Below, in pieces: positions 50,443-60,975 of a stretch of DNA of 64,000 nucleotides. The position numbers and the translations under genes were made by a program. Below the pieces are notes generated by a model, which saw only the letters and a list, made by a program, of their open reading frames with translations, made no database searches and had not been told where the DNA came from. The first letter of the stretch is position 1, and each line of letters opens with the position of its first letter. Source of the DNA: an uncultured Planctomycetaceae bacterium (GTDB lineage Bacteria > Planctomycetota > Planctomycetia > Planctomycetales > Planctomycetaceae); assembly GCA_942492165.1 (NCBI GenBank), contig CALOEF010000070.1:2492-66491 (forward strand), given 5' to 3'.

Positions 50443-53400
50443 CTACTTAATCGACTGCTGTTGGTTCGCTTTGGGCTTTCCTTTGCGTGAGACTTTCTGC
50501 ACTACTTCGGCATACTCGCGGGCCGTCATGCTATAGAGCATTGAGCAATTCGTAGTAGGATCTTTTACCACGTGCAGATAACGGTCGACAAAAGGCTCAG
50601 TCACGCGGGCTTTTGCATCCAGAGGGGCTACAATCAAAAGTTGCAGCCCAAATTGATTAAACAGTTTCAAAGCGTATTCGGCGTTTTGATCATCTACCTT
50701 AGAGAACATTTCATCAACGACCACAAATTGAAACCGTCCGGGAACATCGCCTGTCGGATCAATGTCAAATTGATAAGCCAAAGCAGCTACCAGAATGGTG
50801 AACGCGAGTTTGGCCTTTTCGCCTCCAGACTGACCGGAACTTCCATCATAACAACTGTGAACTGATCCTGATTGGAGTTCAATTTCCTCTGCGGCAAAGT
50901 CGTACCAGTTGCGAACGTCAATTACTTTTTTTCTCCAACTCGTTTTATCTTTATCCGACAAGCGTTCAACGAGACTCTTGATGCGTAGAAACCTAGCTTC
51001 GTTCGCCTCGGGAGTCTGTTCGAGAGAATCATCAAGGCATTCACGCAACGAACGTCGAAAATCCTCGATTTCTCGATCATTTACTGGATGAGGCTTTAAT
51101 CGCATATACGTTCCCGGTGCATACTCAACATCCTTCAACGCTTTATTGAGTTGTGCGATTTTGTTTTCAATCTGCTTTTGTTCCGTTCGGAGTTCTGTAT
51201 TGAACAATGCGATTTCCTGACTTACCTGATCATTCAGTCGGTTTTTGAATTGACGTTCATAACGGGGTAGTCCTTCAAGGCGAAGTTGCTCTAGCAAACC
51301 CAGAAAACTGTCCAGTGATTTGAGTGAGGCATCAAGGTCATCTGCTTCTTCCTTGAATTCACGCAGATATTTTAACATTGCTGTAGTGAGGTTCTCTTTG
51401 ATTCTTTCCAAAGGATCTCTCAATGTATCTATCTGCTTCTGTGTCGTACTTTGCCAGACCTGAATTCGTCGCTCAAAATTTTCGAAGGCCAAAGCCGGTT
51501 TTCCCAATGATTCAGCAATGGTTTCAAACATTTTTTGATGAATATCAAAATGTCCGGCCGTCTGCTGTGCTTGGACTTGAGCACGAGCCGACTCAACCAG
51601 TCCAGTGACACGAGTAATGTCGCTCTTTAATTTCGTGCGGTGTTCGAGGCCTTGATCACGTTCCGTATTAAGTTCCTTCTCCTGTTCTTCTGACTGTTTC
51701 AACCGTTTCTGCAGCGTTATTACGGTTTTATTGGATTCTTCCAAATTCTTTTTCTCTGTTTCCAGTGCAACAATCTCAATTTGGTGACGTTTGACATCGA
51801 TCGTGTCAAAGTCATTTATTTCCAATGCACTGTCCGCGGTTCGAATAGTGGCTTGAATTTCCTCTATCTGGTTATCAAATGAAACGATGGAATCAGTGAG
51901 TATCTTTAGTTCTGATTCGAGTTCTTGAATATGATGTCGTATTCGGCGTTTTTTATCTGTGTTATCCCAACCTAACACAAAGAATCGTGGGTTGATTGTA
52001 TGTTCTCGATCATCTTTTTGGTGCCGCTTTGAATTAAATTTGACGTGTCGCTGCGCAGTCAGAGCATGCTTGGGAACATCATTGAACTCTTCGACGCTAT
52101 TACAGCAACGGAAGTCGAACCGTTGTTGTATTTCTGATCGAAGCCAGGGGGTGAGGTCATGACGCGGTTTGTATTGTAGTTTGGTACAGAGTGACTGTGG
52201 ATGAATTCGATCACCGGCTGAAGCTGCCACTTTTCCAACACAGAGATAATCCAGACGCTGCCCTGTCCCTTGTGCATCAACAATACGATGCTGTTCGACA
52301 TAGGATCGCACACGTGGATAAAACTGTTCTGGTACCAACAAGCTCAAAGCAAACGAACGGAGTACCATCTCGATGGATGCGGTCCAGTGCTCTTGATCTG
52401 GCAAGACGGAAATTAGTTCGGCAGCAAACGGGAATACACTATCATCCAGGTTCAAGTCGGCACAGAGTTGACTACGAATCGTAGAAAAACGAGAGGGCAG
52501 GTTACTATGCCGCTGTTGCAATACATCCAACTCAGCACGTTCCTGTCTCAATTTTCTTTCGATTCCCGCTTTTTGACCTATCGTTGGTTCATATTTACTT
52601 TTCAGTTCGACCAGTTTGCCACTGTTCGAACTCGATAATTCACGCAATCGTTTGCTAATCTGCTGAAACTGTTGGGCGTCTCCGACAACGTTATTGATGC
52701 CACAAACTTTTAGACTACTCTGATATTTTTGTAAGGCTTCACGTTTATAATCGAACTTTGTTTGTTCATTTCGGATCAATCCAGGAATCTGTCGTAGTCG
52801 TTCACCGCCTGCCTGCTCGATTTCATTCTTTAATTGTCGTACAGTCTCTCGTGCCTGTTCCAGTTCCTCGTCCAATCGCTTGATAACGATTTCCTGTCCT
52901 TTTAAATTTTGTTTCTGCACGTCCAGTTCCGGCTCAAAGAGTTGGATTCTCAAAGTAGGTAAATATGACTGAGATGCTTCCAACTGACTCTGATAGAGAT
53001 TCAATTCTTCATTTTTTAAATGATATTTCTTGCCGATTTTCTCTACTGGAAGTAGTAGTTCCTGCGATTTTTGAGCTCGGACTAGCTCATTATGTGCGAT
53101 ACTCAAATCATTAAAATGTTTCAACAGTCCTTGTACTTTCTCATGCCAGTTTTGAGCTTCCAGCATGTGTTTGCGAATGAACACATTTAGACTCTGAATA
53201 TCCTTGACTGCCACTGTCTGGTTGAACATATCAATGGCTTTGCTCCGCATCTGTGTCCGTTTGGTGAGCCAACCCAGATATTCAACATACGCTCTGGTTG
53301 TCTGGTATCCTCGCTGTTTGAGATGTTCGCGAACCGCATCAGATTTTTGGAGCCCTTGTAAATCGGACTATTGTTCGTGTGATTCATTGGCATTCGCATA

Positions 53401-53847
53401 AACCCGATCATCAGATCCGTCCGCTTTCAGATATAGGATTTGCGTCAATGTGAAGGATCGGCCCAACTGTTCATCAGTAAAGACAGCAGAAATTGCCGTC
53501 AGATGATTTCCGCGCGGACGTAGAAACTTCACTACATTCGAGTTTGATTCATCGATTGTTCGATCGAAGGCGCCTTTGATATAACTTTTGGGAGTGCGCT
53601 CGGTTTTCTTGGCTCCTGCCGCCACGTTGTAGTTTCGTGTCTTACCATCCACCAGGAGAGTCAGAAGGGCGTCCACAAGCGTGGATTTCCCCGAACCATT
53701 GTGGCCAACCAGTAGTGCAGTGCGACCCTTTGGTTCAAAGCGAAAGACATTTCCAGATTGACTATCGAAAGTTCCCCAGTTATAGACTTCCAGCTTCTGT
53801 AAGCGATAACCGGGGCGATCAGGGCGCATGTCAAATAAGTGTTGCAT
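50443..53847 (-). CDS. jetC: Wadjet SMC-like ATPase JetC with one in-frame TAG at 53368-53370
   Basis: Walker A GHNGSGKST, long coiled coils, QSGGE signature and VVVDEMF Walker B. The two ORFs are in the same frame, separated by a single amber codon. Confidence 0.9.
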
Positions 53848-53858
53848 AGAGTAATTTC

Positions 53859-54444
53859 CTATTCGCGCTCATTTGCTATCAGGCGGTCGCGCATGCGTTC
53901 CAGTTCATCAATGGGAATGCGCGATTTCAGTAGTTTGCGGACTTCCCATGAACCAGATTCCTCTTTCAGAGTACTGACAAATTTAATTTTCTCGAGTTGA
54001 TTTAACGCAGTGATGAGTTGTTTGCGTAAGGTGACTTCATCTGAATTCGCTGGAAAGCAGGATTTCCAAAGTTCAAACAATGAATCGACTTCAACAACAC
54101 AGCGTTCGTTGTCGAGGTCCTCCTCTTCAAATTTTCGGTACTCCTCACGCAATAGAACACACAACAATGTCGGTTTATAGCTGAGTGGAGTTTTCTTGAA
54201 AAACCGCGGTAAGCGTTCGTATCCTCCGGTACGTTCATCGTCGTCAAACTGGCGGAGGTAGGCGATGCCTTCTGCTCGGTCGATGATCAGTGTCAGCCCA
54301 ATCTCATAGAAATATTCGCTTATGTCTGATTCGTTAGTCAGCAGCAGGGACCAGAGATCAGCTTGCTCCTGGTAGATTACTCCTTGCAGTAGGTTTACTG
54401 CAACAATACCACGTTCGCGGAATTCCGGAATTTCGTTCTTACAC
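53859..54444 (-). CDS. jetB: Wadjet JetB (DUF4194-like); start codon out of frame by 1 nt
   Basis: Open frame from 54437 (NEIPEFRE...LLQGVIY...YFYEIGLTLIIDRAEGIAYLRQ...TLLCVLLRE). GGGGAG RBS and GTG at 54444 are followed by an extra T. Confidence 0.8.
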
Positions 54445-55933
54445 TATTACTCCCCGTCCCGGAACGTCTTCGCAGTGGTTCTGACAGGAAGACAATATGT
54501 GGAACCTCGAGTTCAAGCAGTCCGTTTTCAGTGTCGATACGCACAATGTCGATAGAATGATCGTCTACTTCATGACCTTCATCATGCGCAATCTGAATGT
54601 AACCCAACATTTCAATCGCGCCATCTACTGGCGGGCAAGTCTCCAACAGATCGGAAAGCGGCACGCGTTCGGTAAACTGAACCTGGCTGGCGATGTTCAA
54701 TCGCATGGCATCCCAGTCGAGACGCTGCATTTCTGCGAGATGCCGAAATGCGTTGAATCGATCCTTGTCGTCCGGTTCTTCATGCGTGATATCGATGACA
54801 TCAAAATTGACGGGTGTTTGCCAGAAAGGGCGTTCCAATCCGTTATATAAATCTAGTTCAGTAAAAACATTGATGCCTAATTCGGGAGGGTGCTCTGCCT
54901 GACGTACCGCTGCCGCCTGGATTTCGCGCAGCACGGAAGCCAACCTGAGTCTGGTCGTACTAACTCGTGAACCCAGGAGCCTGCGGAGTGTGGAATTCAG
55001 TCGGCGTGTGGTGTTCAACACACGTTCTGCCTCCAGAGACAAACTGCTTACCATACTTTTGACGCGTAATTTTCCCTCTGTTTGTGATTCCAGTTCAACC
55101 ATCTCTTCCAATTGAGCAATGATCTTTTCCAGTCCATCCTGTTGAGATTGTGAGAGCAGAAGATCAACAAATGCTTTGAAGCTGGCTCCCTGATCTTCTT
55201 CTTTCAGTCGATCTTCGGCATCGAGTGCAAATCCCAAAATCTGGCCACGTGTATCCAGAGCTTCGGTTTGCTGTTTCTGAACATCACGCGTAATGGACTT
55301 GAATGACTCCTCGACAGCCCGAAAGTCGCCCTGTAATGAAATTAGATCAGAAATCACATCTGAAAAACGTTCACGAATGGCCGTGGAACTGTGAGTTGAA
55401 ACGACGTCTCCAGATTCAAGTGAGCGTATTTCATCTTCGACGCGATCACGTTCAGCGCGGAGATGCTCCAGTCGACGCTCACGGTCAGCAGATCCGCGGA
55501 CGACAATATCAGACAGTGTTCCGATAATACGTGTCAGCCTCGATTCGGTCCCGACAAAACCGAGAGAACGATCCATGATTTCTGTGAGGAACTTCAACAC
55601 GTCTTCAGAGTGGGGCGTTAGTTGAAATACCGACTCAGCATGTTGGGAATCGAAATAACGCCTCAACCATCGAGTTTCACCTGTTGACCATTGCGTGAGA
55701 TATGTGTTCGCACTCTCACGCAGGATTTCTGGTTCGCTTTCGTGGATCTGCTCTAAATACTGATTCAGACGTTGCTCAAGTACAGAATGAGGTGTGGTAA
55801 GGTTTGCATCTACTTTGAAATGTTGGTTCAGAAAGTAAATTACGTACGCCGAGTGAGTCGCGCGAAGCAATTTCGCCGACGGATTTGTCGAAAAAAATAT
55901 AATGAGATGATCTAGTTCCACAGAAGACATCAC
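54395..55933 (-). CDS. jetA: Wadjet JetA (DUF3375-like)
   Basis: 512 aa; PSAKLLRA, LTQWSTGETRWLRR, FQLTPHSEDVL and DQGASFKAF patterns; first gene of the operon. Confidence 0.85.
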   Translation of the reverse strand: MMSSVELDHLIIFFSTNPSAKLLRATHSAYVIYFLNQHFKVDANLTTPHSVLEQRLNQYLEQIHESEPEILRESANTYLTQWSTGETRWLRRYFDSQHAESVFQLTPHSEDVLKFLTEIMDRSLGFVGTESRLTRIIGTLSDIVVRGSADRERRLEHLRAERDRVEDEIRSLESGDVVSTHSSTAIRERFSDVISDLISLQGDFRAVEESFKSITRDVQKQQTEALDTRGQILGFALDAEDRLKEEDQGASFKAFVDLLLSQSQQDGLEKIIAQLEEMVELESQTEGKLRVKSMVSSLSLEAERVLNTTRRLNSTLRRLLGSRVSTTRLRLASVLREIQAAAVRQAEHPPELGINVFTELDLYNGLERPFWQTPVNFDVIDITHEEPDDKDRFNAFRHLAEMQRLDWDAMRLNIASQVQFTERVPLSDLLETCPPVDGAIEMLGYIQIAHDEGHEVDDHSIDIVRIDTENGLLELEVPHIVFLSEPLRRRSGTGSNSVRTKFRNSANVVLLQ

Positions 55934-56511
55934 TAAATGACCATACGATAGTAATCAGCACACATACTTCAATGTACACTAGGTGTAGACCAAATGGGAC
56001 AATGGAATTCAGAAAAAACAGATTTTCAGTATTTTCTGAGCCACTCCGTTATATTGGGGAAAGTTTACCGAAATCGAAGAATATAGCGGTTCGGTGCTAG
56101 AGATGTTGCAACATTCAAAAGCACCGGAAAGACCGGTCATGATCCATTTGGTGACAAAAAGATTTTGGGAATCTACCATAACAGTCCAGAAGTGTATTTC
56201 CATTGAATGGCTTCCCATCTCTGGCCATAGCAGCCATTCGCCGAATACATCTGTTTTGGGGCGATATATGCGTAAGAAACCATCCTCACCTGTAGATGAG
56301 AAGTGAAGTTGCTGTACGTATTTGAGCGAATAATTAAGAAGTATAACTCTGATGCTGAGCCTTCCAACTTATGCTGCAAATCCTGCGCTGTTTAATCCCA
56401 GAAATAGGGCGAATCTCTACAAATCTGTGGCATATTTGGCGATGGTGGCCAGTTCCTTGGGGTAAGATTCCTTGAGATATATTTGTCACGTTAGATGACT
56501 TATTATTCCAC

Positions 56512-56814
56512 CTACAGAATAGTGCGTGTTGCCAACGTCTCAACCAGATCCAGTTCAATCAGTTCCCGCAAACGACGGCTGGCACAATCGCGTTTCTGAT
56601 CAATCAGCTCCCGCGCGTGTTGATGCCAGAGAGTTCTTCCATGGGAACAGGTAAAGCGGTCATGCAGATGCCCCCGCTTGCTTATGGCTTCCGCATAACA
56701 GGTTGGGCCATAACAATTACGTTTGACCTCACACTTAGTGCCACAGACAGGGCATTTCAATTCAGCTTTCTCTCCTGGTTTCGTATGCAGATATTGCGTT
56801 CCTTTTAGTAACAT
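56512..56814 (-). CDS. Small Cys/His-rich hypothetical protein
   Basis: GGAGG RBS before ATG 56814; CPVC...C...C...HLH...C..H...WH. Confidence 0.6.
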   Translation of the reverse strand: MLLKGTQYLHTKPGEKAELKCPVCGTKCEVKRNCYGPTCYAEAISKRGHLHDRFTCSHGRTLWHQHARELIDQKRDCASRRLRELIELDLVETLATRTIL

Positions 56815-57474
56815 TGTCTGTGTCTCCTCCGAATCAAATTGGAAAGATTCATCACGGGCAACGCCGGCAGACAGACAAATGCATGCGAAGAGATAATCCA
56901 TCGGATAATCTCAGAGCCATTCTTTGCCTTAATAGGCCGCATCGTTTCCTTTCGGAAAGCTGTGGCACCTTGGTGGCTGGACCAGGTTGCCGGGCGTTTC
57001 AAAGGGCCAAATCCCTCAACGCCACTCGTGATGCAATAAGGTGGAATTAACAAAATTTATTCCACTGACAATAATTATCATATTATACAACAAATTCTAG
57101 ATCAACTTCCAATTTAATATATTTTGAACGAAAAGAGATCGATAAACGATCTGTCGTCCGTCTTTGACGTTAATTATGTTTCGGTCCCTATGTTGAGAGA
57201 GGATGTATGCGGTCCATCTCTAAATCCTTCGGATACGTGTGGGCTTGCTTTACAGGGATCTGGATCGAATCTTATCAACACCAGTAAGCGACTTGGTCAA
57301 AACTATATCATAAAATCTTTACCCGTGATAACAACTATCAATCAGGCGGCAAATAATCACTCGATAAGATGATGGACGAATACAACAGAATTAATCTAAT
57401 CAATCCACGTTTCAGTTTTTCGAGTAAAAGACTGCTCGCCTATCGGAGCGGAACGGAAGTAGGTAAGTTGCTTT

Positions 57475-59658
57475 TTATTTATTTAAAATATTCAGTAGAT
57501 GTTGGATTTTCTGGTACGCCCCCTCTAAATCGATCACATCTTGAGCAATGGACCATTCGAGAAGTTGATCGGATAGATAAAAATCATACTTTCGCCTTTG
57601 CTTTGGGTACACTAGTTGAGCTAATACTAGCGGGTCGTGCTGAGTCGACGCGATCTTGTTGACGATTGCTTTCGTTTGCTCTATTGATAAGTCCAATTCA
57701 ATTGCTATTTCATAATCAACACAATTCACTTTGTACTTTTCCAGAAGAGCGATTATAGTTTGTTGGATATCAGTTCCAGTCCATGTAAACCAAAGGGATT
57801 TTGAGGGAGATAATTCGATGAGATCCTTATGTTTCAACCCCGCGTTATTAAATACCGTTTGTGCCTGCCCCAGCAGTTGAATTGCTGTCGGATTTAAATA
57901 ACCATACTGTTTATTGTCAGCTAATATCTGGCGCATCTTTTGGCGAATTCTCTGATGGACCTTAAGTCCGAGAGAGCCCCAGCGTGGTCTTTTTCTTCCT
58001 CGAGCTGGAATTACCCCAATTTCCCTCCGATCATGATCAATGCCAATCACTTGCCAGCGTTTTCCTGCAAGGAGAAAATGTTGTTTTTCCGAGGGGAGAT
58101 ACGTTGTGGGAAGCATTCCAATTGGTTGCCCCTGATAAACAACGCGGTATTCCGGCGCGGAACTGAATGCAGAGTAAAACTCGTAAGAGCGAACAATTTT
58201 CTCACCTTGCAAGCCAAGAATCAGCTCTCCTGGTTCTGTCTGCTCAATTAAATCTTCCTTCCCAATTTGATGCAGAATATCAATAAATAAAGTTTGATCA
58301 ATTTGTAGAAAAGCACCAGATACGATGAGTCGATTAAATAATTCAGCTGCTTTGATTCCTCCTGTTTCTGCAATGATGCTCAGAATCTGTTGCACTAACG
58401 TGCTGAGATCACCAGAATTGGGATAGCAGGGTTCAACCCATTGTTCTTTCATTAGTTCTGTGATCGCAATTGTCTGGATAAGTCGAGGGTAGAGTTGATC
58501 GCGTAATTTACTATCCGCTCGTACTTCATCTTCTAGAACAAAAACTCGCATAATTTGTGGCTGAAATTCTTCCCGCCCACTTCTGCCCAGTCGTTGCACG
58601 AGCGAACTAACAGACCAGGGGCATCCTATCTGGCCGACTGCACGAATATTCCCGATGTCAATTCCTAATTCAAGAGTTGCTGAACAGACAGTGGAAAAGG
58701 GAATGTTTCCTTGCATTAAATTTTCAGTATGTTCACGGATATCACGACTCAGTGCACCGTGATGGATTAAGAATTGATCTGGACGACCTTCCTTTGCTGA
58801 GAGGTGATTTAATTCATCAGTGTACCATTCGACGTCATCACGCGTATTGGCAAAGATTAAATTTTTGCCCTGAGAAAATGATTCATAGAGGTCAACTGAA
58901 ATATCTGAGGGAGGAAGTAAATCCTGTTTTTCCTGTCTGCCTCTGTCATCTGACATCCTGTATGCAAAAACTCCAAATTGAATTGTTTTCTTTGACTGAT
59001 CGTCTTGGATCAATTGGACTTGTTCGGGTACATGCGGACGAATCCATTCGGCACTGAGCTTGATATCTCCAATTGTTGCAGACAAGCCAACAATACGGGG
59101 AGGACTGACCGCGTAATTATCAATCCGACACAAAAGGCTGCGAAGATGCGTTCCTCTTTCAGTTCCTTGCAGAGCGTGAATTTCATCGATAACTACAAAT
59201 GACAGACTGTGAAAAACATTCCTGAGAGCCGTCGAACGATTGACGAAAAGTGATTCAATTGATTCTGGCGTGATGAGCAATATACCGCTTGGCTTGCTCA
59301 TAAATTTCTGTTTTTTTGACGCGGAGACATCCCCGTGCCAGCGATGCACGGGGATCTGAGCATACTCGCAAAGTTCTTCCAGTCGGCGAAACTGATCGTT
59401 TATGAGTGCTTTCAGAGGTCCTACATAGACTGCTCGAACCGAGTTACCAGGATTATGACATATAGTCGATAATATAGGCAGAAAAGCTGCTTCTGTCTTG
59501 CCTGATGCCGTCCTGGCCGAAATGATCAGGTCGCTATCAGAATTCTGCAGGATTTTGATTGCATCGTCCTGGATCGGGCGAAGCTTTTCCCAGCCGAGTT
59601 TCCACAGCGCTCTTTGTATCGGTTCAGCAAGAAGTGCGTAGCCATCTGATTGACTCAC
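57475..59658 (-). CDS. sngC: Lhr-like DEAD/DEAH helicase, Shango SngC
   Basis: ARTASGKT, DEIH, SAT, TLELGIDIG and QRLGRSGR motifs; ATGA overlap with the ATPase. Confidence 0.88.
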   Translation of the reverse strand: MSQSDGYALLAEPIQRALWKLGWEKLRPIQDDAIKILQNSDSDLIISARTASGKTEAAFLPILSTICHNPGNSVRAVYVGPLKALINDQFRRLEELCEYAQIPVHRWHGDVSASKKQKFMSKPSGILLITPESIESLFVNRSTALRNVFHSLSFVVIDEIHALQGTERGTHLRSLLCRIDNYAVSPPRIVGLSATIGDIKLSAEWIRPHVPEQVQLIQDDQSKKTIQFGVFAYRMSDDRGRQEKQDLLPPSDISVDLYESFSQGKNLIFANTRDDVEWYTDELNHLSAKEGRPDQFLIHHGALSRDIREHTENLMQGNIPFSTVCSATLELGIDIGNIRAVGQIGCPWSVSSLVQRLGRSGREEFQPQIMRVFVLEDEVRADSKLRDQLYPRLIQTIAITELMKEQWVEPCYPNSGDLSTLVQQILSIIAETGGIKAAELFNRLIVSGAFLQIDQTLFIDILHQIGKEDLIEQTEPGELILGLQGEKIVRSYEFYSAFSSAPEYRVVYQGQPIGMLPTTYLPSEKQHFLLAGKRWQVIGIDHDRREIGVIPARGRKRPRWGSLGLKVHQRIRQKMRQILADNKQYGYLNPTAIQLLGQAQTVFNNAGLKHKDLIELSPSKSLWFTWTGTDIQQTIIALLEKYKVNCVDYEIAIELDLSIEQTKAIVNKIASTQHDPLVLAQLVYPKQRRKYDFYLSDQLLEWSIAQDVIDLEGAYQKIQHLLNILNK

Positions 59659-60965
59659 AATCTGAACTCCGAAAGTTGATCCGGAGAGTCGGTGCTATTT
59701 TGCTTTGCCTCACTATGGGAACTGCGATTGGGTCGATTCAAGATGTCAGACCATGATATTTCCGGGTTCTGTGTCAGAACACGCAACAGGCCGGTAAAGT
59801 CTTTGACGGTGTCACGAGGAGTCTGATAATACGCCGCCCCCATCCTTTCATTGCAAGATTGAAGATATTCTGCGATACCTTCGTCCGAAATCAGGTGTTT
59901 TTCGTGGTCACCTGATGCGAACACATTACGAATATTGTGCAGCAAAACAAAACAGTCTTCCGGAGTCAAACTTTCAAGCCTGATGACTGGACCAGAAAGG
60001 TCTTTTTGTGCTTCTGATGCGAATCGGTTTGAAGCGAGGCGTGTGGCTAATGCTTCATAACTAAAAAGACCGCGGCGCCGATCTTCGAGGCAGTCATCGG
60101 TTCCTGCAAAAAGAAAAGACAGTCCTTCTGTCTGCCCCTGCAGACAGTCATTAAGAATCCGCAAGATCGCTTCGTAGTTATTGTTTCTGGCTTGGGAATT
60201 ATTCAATCGATGTGACAGAACAACAAGTTCATCTAGGGAGACGAGCAGCCCCTTATATCCTGCAATGCGCACAAATTTAGACATCAGCTTCATGGATTCA
60301 TAAATATTGGCATCTTCAATGATTGACCGCACACCAAGATCGTTCCGCGCCTCTGTTTTCGTACGGTATTCTGCCCTGAGCCAGCGCATTGCAGCCTGCT
60401 GGAGTGCATCGTTCTGCTCTCGATAACCCTCATAATATCGTGAGAGAACCTTTGCAAAGTCATATCCATTTACCAGTTCCCGCAACTCTGAAAGTTGTCG
60501 TTGAATTTCTATGGCTACGTCTTCTTCATTCCCTCCGGAACTGGTAATTCCATACTCGACATCTCCAACCCAGCGTTCAACAAGATTCGGTAACGCCCCT
60601 CCCTCTGGTCGAGCGGGAGTTGCCAGATTTTTCATCAATTCAGAATATAGTGATCTGGGCTGACCACCTGATCCATGCAATCTGCGGTCAGTGGTAATGT
60701 CGGCCTTGAGAACAACAAATTTTCTTTTGAGGGCTACATTTTGGATCAGGTTAAGAAAGAATGTTTTTCCAGATCCAAAACGTCCGATGATGAAGCGAAT
60801 CGTTGATGATCCTTGTTCGACGATCTGTAAGTCCCTGATAACAGCCTCAACCTCGTCTTTGCGTCCCACCTGAATGTGCTGCAGACCAATAGAAGGGACA
60901 ACACCAGCTCCCAGAGACTGAATAATGGCTGTTTGTTCTCTTGAACGTATCATTGAAATTATCAC
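59655..60965 (-). CDS. sngB: DUF2791/BrxD-like AAA ATPase, Shango SngB
   Basis: SLGAGVVPSIG, Walker A GRFGSGKT, Walker B LDE and YEALATRL. Confidence 0.88.
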   Translation of the reverse strand: MIISMIRSREQTAIIQSLGAGVVPSIGLQHIQVGRKDEVEAVIRDLQIVEQGSSTIRFIIGRFGSGKTFFLNLIQNVALKRKFVVLKADITTDRRLHGSGGQPRSLYSELMKNLATPARPEGGALPNLVERWVGDVEYGITSSGGNEEDVAIEIQRQLSELRELVNGYDFAKVLSRYYEGYREQNDALQQAAMRWLRAEYRTKTEARNDLGVRSIIEDANIYESMKLMSKFVRIAGYKGLLVSLDELVVLSHRLNNSQARNNNYEAILRILNDCLQGQTEGLSFLFAGTDDCLEDRRRGLFSYEALATRLASNRFASEAQKDLSGPVIRLESLTPEDCFVLLHNIRNVFASGDHEKHLISDEGIAEYLQSCNERMGAAYYQTPRDTVKDFTGLLRVLTQNPEISWSDILNRPNRSSHSEAKQNSTDSPDQLSEFRL

Positions 60966-60975
60966 CTCTGTTTTA

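Noticed and set aside
53368-53370. Programmed amber read-through (pyrrolysine) in jetC
   Set aside because: No pyl genes or other in-frame TAG pattern in the window; a point mutation or base-call error is simpler.
55990-56500. Degraded minus-strand ORF between the Cys-rich gene and jetA
   Set aside because: A frame of about 100 codons is open but has upstream stops and no recognisable motif; cannot assign.
57050-57470. Possible gene or promoter in the AT-rich spacer after sngC
   Set aside because: Only short stop-interrupted frames and no well-spaced -35/-10 pair.
57475-60965. BREX system (brxD/brxHI-like pair)
   Set aside because: No pglX, pglZ or brxC in the window; the TerB-domain first gene fits Shango.
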